A stretch of DNA of 64,000 nucleotides from Macrostomum lignano (taxonomy: Eukaryota): the NCBI GenBank assembly GCA_002269645.1, contig NIVC01001271.1, positions 62,001 to 126,000 on the forward strand, given 5' to 3'. The notes below the pieces were generated by a model that was given only the letters and a program-made list of their open reading frames with translations, did not search any database and was not told the origin of the DNA. The stretch's first letter is position 1; each line of letters opens with the position of its first letter. This document shows positions 46,838 through 57,904 of this stretch, piece by piece. Position numbers and translations under genes: made by a program.

Positions 46838-49800
46838 ATGGAGTCCAGCTGGGTGATTGTTATGACGCCAATCAGGCGAGGCCAAATGACTACTATGGAG
46901 TGTGTGCGCACCTCCAGCGACAATCTCGACCAAAACCAGATTGTCCACGTGGCTACTGGCGTCAACCAGGGCATTGTAATCTATAAAGCGATTATTGATG
47001 ACAGTAAGTCTTCTTCAGAATTAGAGGGGTCAAAACGGCAGTCTGCTGCAGAATCACAGAGGGGTCAAAACTGCAGTCTGCTGCAGAATCACAGAGGGGT
47101 CAGCGGCAGTCCTGCTGCAGAATCACAGAGGTTCAGTGGCAGTCTGCCGCAGAATCACAGGGGGGTCAGCGGCAGTCCCGCTGCAGAATCACAGAGGGGT
47201 CAAAACGGCAGTCCCGCTGCAGAATCACAGAGGGGTCAAAACGGCAGTCCCGCTGCAGAATCACAGGGGGGTCAAAACGGCAGTCCCGCTGCAGAATCAC
47301 AGAGGGGTCAAAACGGCAGTCCTGCTGCAGAATCACAGAGGGGTCAAAACGGCAGTCCCGCTGCAGAATCACAGAGGGGTCAGCGGCAGTCCCGCTGCAG
47401 AATCACAGAGGGGTCAGCGGCAGTCCCGCTGCAGAATCACAGAGTGGTCAAAACGGCAGTCCCGCTGCAGAATCACAGAGGTTCAGTGGCAGTCTGCTGC
47501 AGAATCACAGGGGGGTCAGCGGCAGTCCTGCTGCAGAATCACAGAGGGGTCAAAGCGGCAGTCCCGCTGCAGAATCACAGGGGGGTCAGCGGCAGTCTGC
47601 TGCAGAATCACAGAGGGGTCAAAACGGCAGTCTGCTGCAGAATCACAGAGGGGTCAAAGCGGCAGTCCCGCTGCAGAATCACAGGGGGGTCAGCGGCAGT
47701 CTGCTGCAGAATCACAGAGGGGTCAAAACGGCAGTCTGCTGCAGAATCACAGAGGGGTCAAAGCGGCAGTCTGCTGCAGAATCACAGGGGGGTCAGCGGC
47801 AGTCCTGCTGCAGAATCACAGAGGGGTCAAAGCGGCAGTCCCGCTGCAGAATCACAGGGGGGTCAGCGGCAGTCTGCTGCAGAATCACAGAGGGGTCAAA
47901 ACGGCAGTCTGCTGCAGAATCACAGAGGGGTCAAAGCGGCAGTCCCGCTGCAGAATCACAGGGGGGTCAGCGGCAGTCCTGCTGCAGAATCACAGAGGTT
48001 CAGTGGCAGTCTGCTGCAGAATCACAGAGGGGTCAGCGGCAGTCTGCTGCAGAATCACAGGGGGGTCAGCGACAGTCTGCTGAGAGTCACGGAACAGCAG
48101 AGGGTGACTCAGTGTTTATGTGATTTTTTGTCTAAAAAACGAACCTTATTCAGATCCGCTATCCACTTGGTCCATTTGCAGGCACAATTCTGAATTCGTC
48201 ATTCACTACATTGTGTAGAAGGCCTCTATCTCTGTGTGTTTTGTTTACACATCTATCTTAGCCGGGTTGTGCGCGTGCCTTCTAAGATATGGATGCATCC
48301 CTCCCTATCGATTCGTGGTACAGACGGGGAAGTGGCTAAGGCGAAAATATGAATCACTACCTTGCCTATCTATCCAGTTTATTCCAGAGCGATCACAACA
48401 GAAGCAAGTCTGGGGATATTTCTCTCTGTCCGGCTGTGCCTCTGTAAACTCTATTTGATGGCTTCGATTTCCTGTATTAGTTGTAATCGGATTGCACCTG
48501 ACAGGATTTTATTGCTTACTGGATTAATTATACTTATTCCGCATAGAAACTGTTTCTATCGATATTTACTGGACTTTAGAAGCCTTGGGCGACATTTCGA
48601 CCCCGGGTGACAAGTCTCATTTTTGATTTTTGTTTCTCTGGCATCCACGCAGTATAATAAGTTCGGATTTTATCGTTGTCAAGAAGAAAAAGTAGGGAAT
48701 TTTTACTGCGCTTTTAGCATCAGCGCTGCGCATTAAACAGGGCTTTGATTTGTGCACTTCTTGCCCAAAGAATAATTACTTTTCAAGTCGTGATTTTGCC
48801 TAGAATTGCATCAGGTTTGGCAGGAAAAATCGACTATTTCTCACCTGTAAGTAAGCTACAATTAGCTCGCCATGGGGGTGCTTTGCCTGGCAAGGGTGGC
48901 GGCAAGTTTTAACAGCCTGTTTGAAGCTGGCTACCCCTTGATAGTGTCTGTAGTCTCAGTAGTATATTATCGTAGCTTTAACTTGGGTACACTTGCGCCG
49001 CAAGTTACCCAGCAACCGAACGGATTTCGCTCAAAAAATCTCCCTATTTTAAATAATCCGCAGAGGGCGCCTACTCACCGTTGGCTGATTCGGAGTCCGA
49101 GATCACCTACAAATGCTTTGTAGTCAACCAAGACTCTAATGATGTTCGAGCAGTAAGTTTTGTTAAAATCAGATAAAGTGCCAACAGCACCTTCCTACAA
49201 GTTAAAATAAAATTTACAAAAATTTGTTTTCATCTACCTGCAGGAGAACCGAAAACTGCACTTCTGGTTCGTCCCGTCCGCGCAGAAGAAGGTGACTAGC
49301 TTTCTAGTGCAGACGTCATTCATGTTCTTCAACGATCTCATCACGCCGGGTCACGTGCCCAAGGATTATGCCACATTTATTAAACGAGTGATGCGGCTAA
49401 TGCTGCTGGATAAGTACAATAACATTTCTCGCATTCACCTGGACGTGATCCCGTTGGACAAGAACGAGGCAGTGTTCGAAGGCATGGAGGGTAAGTTCTA
49501 TCGATTTGCTAATTTTTAATCGTTATTTTTCACTACTGTCTACTCGTTGAGTAGCAAGTCTTGTACTTGTCGATGAGCCAAACAAAATCGGCAGATTTTG
49601 GTATATTACTTTCTGTTCAAGTCTCCTAATAAAACTAAAAATCTAAACAGATATAAGATAAAATTATAAAGATAAAATGAAAAGCTGTCAGAGCTGTTTA
49701 GAACTAAGCTGTACTTGTAATCTTGGTATAGTCATGCCCAATAAAATTGGCATCTTGTCTATAAAAATCCTTCCAATAATGTCTATAAGATCATTCCTTC

Positions 49801-52800
49801 AATCTATTTTTAGACATGCCAAACTTTGGTAAGAAAACTTTTTTTGCAAAGTTAGTTACCTTGTCTGGTATTTTTTGTTTTTATTTGTCCTTTTAGTTTC
49901 TACTCGTAGGCATGTTGCGGATGGCTTTCTTCTTTGCATTGGATTATTTTGTTCCTTTTTCCCGTGTTGATGCCTTTTCTCAGGTTTCTCAAGGAAGCAG
50001 TGTCAGATTTGATGTTGGGCAGTGTCAGATGGGATATTGAGCAGTGTCAGATTTGATGTTGGGCAGTGTCAGGTGTGATATTGAGCAGTGTCAGATGCGA
50101 TATTGAGCAGTCTCAGATGGGATATTGAGCAGTGTCAGATAGAAATAGCTATTGTCAGGCATTTTACTCCTACTTTCGTTGTCGCTTATTCGAAGTTGTT
50201 GCGCTTTGTGAAGGCTGCACCTGTCTTTTATTATAGTTTCCCAGCTTTATAGGCTTTGAGCTGTTTTGTAGATTTGCATTTGCACTTCTTGTAGTTGCTG
50301 TGAGTAAAATTCCTTATCAATTAGGGTTGTAGTTGATGTCTTTGTTATTTTATGTATATCATGATCCATCGTATTCATGTATTTTGTTTTTAGTAATATT
50401 TCTGTTTTGTTAATAATTTTTAGTACGCAGGTGTTTTAGACTATTTTTTTATATTATACGGTGTCAGACTAGAAAAATGGGCAGTGTCAGACATAATGAT
50501 AATGAGCAGTCATATAGAAGTTACAAAGTAGTGTTAGATGTGATTCAGAACAGTGTCAGAAGTGGTACAGAATAGTGTCAGAAGTGGTACAGAATAGTGT
50601 CAGGTGTGATTCAGAATAGTGTCAGAAGTGATACAGAATAGTGTCAGAAGTGATACAGAATAGTGTCAGAAGTGGTACAGAATAGTGTCAGAAGGGATAC
50701 AGAATAGTGTCAGAAGTGGTACAGAACAGTGTCAGGTGTGATTCAGAACAGTGTCAGAAGTGATACAGAATAGTGTCAGAAGTGGTACAGAACAGTGTCA
50801 GAAGTGATACAGCATAGTGTCAGAAGTGATACAGAATAGTGTCAGAAGTGGTACAGAACAGTGTCAGGTGTGATTCAGAACAGTGTCAGAAGTGATACAG
50901 AATAGTGTCAGAAGTGGTACAGAACAGTGTCAGAAGTGATACAGAATAGTGTCAGAAGTGATACAGAATAGTGTCAGAAGTGGTACAGAATAGTGTCAGA
51001 AGTGGTACAGAATAGTGTCAGAAGTGGTACAGAATAGTGTCAGAAGTGGTACAGAATAGTGTCAGAAGTGATACAGAATAGTGTCAGAAGTGATACAGAA
51101 TAGTGTCAGAAGTGATTCAGAATAGTGTCAGATGTGATTCAGAACAGTATCAGATGTTGATACACAGCAAGTTCAGATGTTATCCAGAACAGTCTCGGAT
51201 ATAATTAAGAACTTGACAGCTGGGATAATAATTCGTGTCAGATATGATACAGAGTAACTTCAAATGATTCAGAGCAGTGTCAGAGATTAGCAGTGTCATA
51301 TCCACATAGTGAAATATCTTAGCTGAAAACTTTCACATGATTGTTCCGTTTGCTTTACACTAGTAACCAACAGCAAAGTTATTACATTTTCCCATTTAAA
51401 TTACCTGTCCAGAGCGAGACGACAGGCCACTGGAGGTTCGAGTGCAGGAACAGCTGATGCGCACCATTGAGGAAGCCTATCCCAATGTGCTCACTACTGA
51501 GGAGCTGTCCAAGTAAGCATCTCTAATTTAGCATCCCCTATTTTAACAGCAATTGTGTCAGATGCATTTTTGGCTAATTATAGACCAATTAGTAAGTATA
51601 GTTGACAGGTAATGACATATAGGTCCTCTGTATGCAAAGAATTGGAATTTACTGTATATTTTATATACCTCTACAAATACCATATTGGCTATTCCCTCGC
51701 TGCATCACAACTCTCAAAACAATCGCGCTCAGGGTGATTCGCCAGGATGAGAAGCTGATCGTGCGCATCCTTGACCAGATGCTGTCGGAGGAGAGCATCC
51801 ACCGCATGGCCATGGAGGGTAAGCACAAGGGCAAGTTTGCCTACGTACTCCGGGTTGCCCAGGACGAGGAGAACGCCGATCTGGGCATGGGCAAAGTGGA
51901 AGTCATGGCCGAGGGCAACATGGACGTCATCACTAAGATGAAGGACAAGCCGACCGTGGCCATTATCACTAATCTGATGTGCGAGAAACGAGCGGTGGAC
52001 GCTATGATGCAGGACAAGACCACCTACGTGCGCTACGAGACTAAAGGCGGCGATTCGCACGTCTACACTATCGGGTTTATTGGTCCGCACAAGTGCGTCA
52101 GCACTAAACTGCCGGCGGTTGGGCGTGACAGGCGGGCCAAGATTGCTAGCGGCAATACGACCACTCGATTGTTGGGCACGTTTCAGGCAAGTTCTTAGAA
52201 ACTGCCATTTTTTACATTCTTTATTAGCTAAATTTCGCATCGTTTTAGGCAAGCTGACAATGTGTCTACACAAGATCGGTGGACACCCCACAGTGTCTCT
52301 GTCCCAAATTGGTGGACACCCCGACAGTGTCTCTGTCCCAAATCGGTGGACACCCCGACAGTGTCTCTGTCCCAAATCGGTGGACACCCCGACAGTGTCT
52401 CTGTCCCAAATCGGTGGACACCCCGACAGTGTCTGTCCCAAATCGGTGGACACCCCGACAGTGTCTCTGTCCCAAATCGGTGGACACCCCGACAGTGTCT
52501 CTGTCCTAAATCGGTGGACACCCCGACAGTGTCTCTGTCCCAAATCGGTGGACACCCCGACAGTGTCTCTGTCCTAAATTGGTGGACACCCCGACAGTGT
52601 CTCTGTCCTAAATTGGTGGACACCCCGACAGTGTCTCTGTCCTAAATCGGTGGACACCCCGACAGTGTCTCCTCTTGGCACCTCTTAGTGTCTCCTATTC
52701 TCGGACACCCCGCCTTTGATTGAGCATCTGATTGATTGATCACCTGTGCAGGACATTGAGCATGTGCTGCTAGTTGGCGTCTGTGGCTCGGTGTGCAACC

Positions 52801-54261
52801 TGGGCGACCTGGCCAAGAGCAGCCGCCTTGGCGACATCATTATCGCATCGCCCAGCCGCGAGCAGGACAGCGCCTACATCTACTGCGACAATGTCGACGA
52901 AGACGACTCCGGGCAGTTCAGCTTCAGCCTGAAGAACTGGACCATCCCGGATCCCAGCCTCATGCGCAAAGCTGCCAGTCTGGTTAATGAGTACGGGCCC
53001 AGCTTTGAGAATGTAAGTGCGCTTTGCGTCCTGCGTCTGAGAACCACTTGGAGTTGGGATTGTCATGTCCGTTAAAAACGCCTCCAGCACGCCTCAGATA
53101 CGACTCTACGGTGCCAGAGTCGTGATAGAAACACCCCAGAGTCGCTTTAGAGTCTAAGATTTTGACATCTTTTCGTCTTAAGGTCGTCATAGATTGATAG
53201 ATAAGCTATTGTCGCTTTCATTTTACCCGTTACCTGGAACGACTCAGAAGCGACTCTGGGATGCTTCTTGGCCTAGGTACCATTTTCATCGGGATGCATC
53301 TGGGAACCACCTCGAATTGGGCTGTCAAGGGTGAGTTGAATTGAGTAATCTCAAGGATCCAGGGATCGGTTGAGCTCAGAATCATCTCAAGGATTCAGGG
53401 ATCGGTTGAGCCTGGGTTTTTTTTTTCGTCCATAACTTGGGGGCAATTTCGCACCCTGTGCTAGATTTCAGGGTGCGATTTTCAAGACCAGGATGCGCTG
53501 CACTGCTGCAAACCAAAACTGGTCTAACACTAATAGTGTGTTTCAAATTACTGGCTAATTCTAAGAATATGAAGTTACGGACTTAAGATGTCCATAACAG
53601 TAAAACACTAAATTGTAAAACCCGCATCACATCCTTGCAAAAATTTGGGTGCGCTTTTCGCACCCTGAGTCAAATTTCAGGGTGCGATTTTTAAGACCAG
53701 GATGCTATTCGCACCCATTCGCACAAAAAAACCCAGGGTTGAGCTCAGAATCATCTCAAGGATCCAGGGTCCAGTTGAGATTACCGTGTCCTAGATCCAG
53801 GCACTCCACTGCATCAGCGGCCGACCCGCACCCCGCAGGCGCCGTGGAACCAGCTCTTCGCCGAAGTGGTCAGCCAGCTGTCCGACTTTGCCCGGCCGGA
53901 AGGCGTCGAGGACAAGGTGCAAATGCAGCTGGGCGACGGGCAGATCATCGAGATCGCTCCGCCGAGCATCGACCGCGCTGGCAACTGGCCGATGGTGCGC
54001 CTCGGACCGCTCGGCTGCGGCAAGCCGGTGGTGTCGGACACCTACCTGCGCACCGCCTTCGCCGACGAGCGCGGCCTGCTTGGCTACGACACCGAGTTCG
54101 ACCAGGTGCTAGAGAGTATCCTTGGCAACCGGTGCAACTCGTTTCTAATTGTGCGCGCCTGCTCCGACTATCACGACGGTCAGAAGGGAAACGTGTGGCA
54201 GCCGTACGCCAGCATGCAGGCTGCCGCCTTTGCCAAATCGGTGCTGCTGCAGCTGGCTTAA
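46838..54261 (+). CDS. Uncharacterised invertebrate protein: N-terminal domain + winged-helix-like segment + C-terminal PNP_UDP_1/MTAN (nucleoside phosphorylase/nucleosidase) fold. Exons 46838..47003, 49064..49152, 49244..49490, 51413..51512, 51733..52186, 52752..53012, 53839..54261, 579 aa
   Basis: Exon phases close (1740 nt total). PTVAIITNLMCEKRAVDAM..YTIGFIGPHKCVSTKLP..GNTTTRLLGTFQ|DIEHVLLVGVCG..RLGDIIIA..GYDTEFDQV..IVRACSDYHDG..WQPYASMQAAAFAKSVL is a PNP/MTAN-type fold. Intron 5 is GC-AG. Confidence 0.85.
47025..48085. repeat. 33/36-bp minisatellite (~30 copies) in intron 1 of the PNP-fold gene
   Basis: Unit GGCAGTCCCGCTGCAGAATCACAGAGGGGTCAAAAC and a shorter GTCAGC variant. Confidence 0.93.
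49995..51175. repeat. Two related 22-bp arrays (49995..50140 and 50545..51175) in intron 3 of the PNP-fold gene
   Basis: GCAGTGTCAGATGGGATATTGA and AGAATAGTGTCAGAAGTGATAC; shared core AGTGTCAGA. Confidence 0.88.
52277..52670. repeat. 34-bp minisatellite (~11 copies) in the GC-AG intron
   Basis: Unit GTGGACACCCCGACAGTGTCTCTGTCCCAAATCG. Confidence 0.93.
53020..53295 (-). mobile_element. Dispersed repeat related to 21725..22150
   Basis: Shared CCCAGAGTCGCTT / GCGACTCTGGG motifs and an alignable end. Confidence 0.55.
53411..53737. mobile_element. MITE (327 bp), TIR CCTGGGTTTTTTT, 6-bp TSD GTTGAG, inserted into a short ~37-bp tandem repeat
   Basis: GTTGAG|CCTGGGTTTTTTT ... AAAAAAACCCAGG|GTTGAG; internal TCGCACCCTG/CAGGGTGCGA repeats. 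Confidence 0.8.
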
Positions 54262-56309
54262 CTCTGCTCCCCGCGACTGGCCGGTGTTTCTAACTCCCAA
54301 TTATCCTGTAGTAACTCAGTTATATTTGATTCAATAGGAAATTACAGCTATAGAGATATGGAGATGTCATACATGCAGCGGACATTAAGTTCAAACTAAA
54401 CTAACAAAGAATTCAATTTCTTGAACATTGTACCGTTGATTCTCTTGCGTCTCCAACAGCCAACACACTACGACTGGATCAATATGGATTGATTTAAATC
54501 TGATCGATATTAATTTTTTTCATATTTACTTATAAGTAACATTAGCACTATTTCCATTATTAATAATCCATTATTATTACAGTAGTATTTGTGTTTGCAG
54601 TTTATTTTGTTCAGTAAAAATGAAAGTACCAGCTTAACTTGTTTTTTTTATATTATTCTTTAATTTCTGTCTGTCTGTCCCTAGGCCTAATTGTACAATT
54701 TTAACCATATTTTTCTATGTTTTCATAGAATGAATTAATATGTATCGATGAGTCTACAAAATGTCTTCCTTTATTATTACTGTTGTTATAGAAAATCTAT
54801 TTACATAATTAGATACAATAGTATATATCATTATATTGACCTTCGCTTTGTGTAGCCCTTAGATTGTTGCGTTCCATCTGCCTGGTTGTGCTTATTGTGC
54901 TGCTACGAGTACATGTACACTGTACACACGCTCTCACAGGGAATGTATGTACACTCACTGCTTTGGGTTTAAATCATGTGTGTGAATCGCACGACTACTT
55001 TTATAGGCAATTAATTCTAGAGGAGATAAGATAAGAGATTAAACAAAATTAGGGGTGTGTGAGTGGGTCGGAACACAGTATTAAAAAATCGATATTTGAG
55101 TAATAAACTTCAGTTTATCGCGCGGGCACGATAATAGGGGAGATAGAAAGACACCAAAAGCGTGAATTTAGTGGAGTTGACCAAATAAAATAGACAGCGC
55201 AGTGCCGAGCCGTCGACAGCTCAGCATGCACAAAAGCCAATAATTAATGCTGGTTATTTAACCTACTAATAGCGTGCTCTTCTCTGCCTAATGCGGTAGC
55301 TTTTACAGCGGCTCCGCATTGTGAAATCCATTCCAATATGCTGCACTGTGAGCCCGTGATTTTTTATTGGAAGCTAATTATTTAACCCATCTTTTCTCCC
55401 TGGCTTCCCATTTTACCTCCATTAAATCTTCTTTAATCGACTCTAATCCGACATTATTAACCAATTTTTCATAGGCTGACTGTGCTAAAAACAAATTATC
55501 CATTATTGCTTTCTTTAAACATTGATATAATTACTATATTTATACAGCTCTGATTATTCTGGACAATTACTGTAGTAACTGTACACATTTAACGTGTACA
55601 TTGTGTCTAGATGTTACGTATACTCAGCAACATCGAAAAGTCGCCATCACGAAAGATTCCGTCTGTGGACGCCACTTTTGAGAGTGCAGGTAAAGTCTCT
55701 CAATCTTGGCGAGTGGCGCAACTTATCGTCGCTCGGAATGAAGTGGGGGAGCTCTGTGCGAGTGTTGGACGGATTAAAGCTAACCCGATCGGTTTTCTCA
55801 TAGTACGAGCTACTCATTGATTGCCTGCCAGTAATTGATTTGTGATTTCAATGACCGAATGATTTTTCCGCTTCAATTTTCTACGCGAATGACCCCATTA
55901 TATCAAATCTGATAATCCTGATCAATTCAGAGTTTTCAATCCTGATTTAAATTAAGCGCTAAATCATAATCATAATTTTAATGTGTTTAAACACTGCACC
56001 AGCTTTGCTATATTTTGTCTCTGTCAAGCCATAGTTTTATACCTTTTTAAAACTGACTAATAAACACGTTTATTCTTTAAAAAATACAGCGAGTTTTGCC
56101 CGCTAAGGGATTGAATATGTCAATATATAAAAATTGTTTATTTCAGTTTTGATATTATTAACTGTGTGTGTATTAATTTTCGTAACTACATATTTGTTAA
56201 AATAGGCTAGTGGTTAGATAAACTTTATTAATTAGGCCCGTTTATGTAAATTTTAATTTGTAAGGCTTGTCTGCTGTCACACAGATTTATTTGATTCCCG
56301 CACCGTCTA

Positions 56310-57904
56310 CACCATTTTACCTCCTATTTTGAACAAAGTCTTGTTCAAAAGAAGCAAGCAGAATTTCCATTTAAACAAAGTCCCTTTCTATTGAAACAGA
56401 AGAACTTCAATTCAGACTGTCTGTGGCCAAAGTTGTCTCCGAGTGACGCGCATGCGCAGATTTGAAATTCAAAAGAAACAAAGTCACACTCTATTTCGAC
56501 AGATATTTTTTGCACATACATTGTATCACGCTGGCGCGCGTTAGATGCACGATTTACTGTGCGTCTAATGTAGGTGTCTATGGCAATTTTCTATCTGAGT
56601 AAAGGCAACAAGCGTGCGTCTAACGCGTGCGTGTAATGCACGGAAAGTGAGTATATTTTAATAAGTATACTTCTGCTACAAGTACAACGAACGAATAACA
56701 GGGAACTGTGTAAACAAGGTAGACTGCGTAGACGATTACCTATCATTGACAGGGAAAGCGAATGAGGATGAAGGCGTTCTGCATTTGGAAGTTCAGTGTG
56801 GGAAAATTATTACTCATTGTTATTACTCACTCTAAGAATTGAACGTGCAGTTGTTGACAGTGTTGTAGAAGTTATAAACCACAGTTGGTTTCTTCTTGGC
56901 GTCATCACTTGGCGTCCCACCAGCAACGTCCGACGTGTCAGAAACGACGGATGGTTCTCCATGAAGCTCTGCAACTTACCGACATAATATTCGGTAGCCT
57001 TTGTCACACTTTTACTAGCAGCGGTGTCCTCGATTTCGGAAACGAGCTGTTCCAATTCAAGTAGTTCAGCTTCTTCGTCAGGCATCTTCTTGAAAAGTGC
57101 CTCCAGAAGATCCTCCTCTTCTCGATCAATTGCCGACTCCGGTAGATTATCAGGCTCGTTCAGAATGTCGTCAATCTCATTGGTGGACAAGCCGGAAATC
57201 ATTTCGTTCGGAAATTTGCTCAGATTCAGAAGTCTGACTTTAGTTGGTGGCTCAGCCATATTCTCTCACAAGTGATTTTAATTTAACAGCTTCTTATTCC
57301 CTTCTTCGCAACACTCAATCAACTTGCGTGCCTTTCACGCATTTTTGTCTATGGTTAAGACAAATTAACTGAGCGTGCATCTAACGCGCCATCTAAAGTA
57401 TTAAGCCAACGTAATACAATGCAACTCATACCTGCGCGCACTCGTGCATAGACCATTTAAGCACGCAAAATCGATGTATGAATCCTACATTTAGATACGA
57501 GTACATTTTAGTACATTAATCTAACTTCTTGTTTTTCATGTACTGCATAACTATACAATCGTTGCGCAATAAGAAACGATATGAATGCTGAAGATAAGAT
57601 TGAAGAAGACGATGAATTGCTGGTAGATGGAATCGATGAATTTGAAGCAGAATTCGATGAAGATATCATGGAACAGCAGCCTCGGCTGTGCACTATTGTT
57701 TGCACTTTCAAATCTGCGCATGCGCGTCATTCGGGGACAATTTTGGCCACAGACAGTCTGAATTGAAGTTCTTCCGTTTCAATAGAAAAGGACTTTGTTT
57801 GATTTGAATTTCCGCAAGGGCTGTTATTTCTTAAAGTGTTTGAATTGAAGTTCTGCTTGTTTCTTTTGAACAAGACTTTGTTCAAAATAGGAGGTAAAAT
57901 GGTG
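56310..57904. mobile_element. 1.6-kb DNA transposon with long (~160 bp) TIRs and TA TSD (Tc1/mariner- or CMC-like), carrying cargo
   Basis: TA|CACCATTTTACCTCCTATTTTGAACAAAGTCTTGTTCAAAAGAA ... TTCTTTTGAACAAGACTTTGTTCAAAATAGGAGGTAAAATGGTG|TA; the TIR match extends to GCGCATGCGCAGATTTGAAA. Confidence 0.88.
56810..57259 (-). pseudogene. Truncated ORF resembling the N-terminus of Crypton (tyrosine-recombinase/DUF3504-type) proteins
   Basis: Acidic leader, then ELEQLVSEIEDTAASKSVTKATEYYVGKLQSFM, similar to the Crypton 'SKNTxxxTxxxVxxFxxW' motif. Bracketed by inner inverted repeats 56519..56551 / 57374..57421. No catalytic motifs are present. Confidence 0.4.

Noticed and set aside
46838-48193. 451-aa single ORF
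   Set aside because: Only 46838..47003 is exon (strong donor GTAAGT); the rest is an intronic 33/36-bp array.
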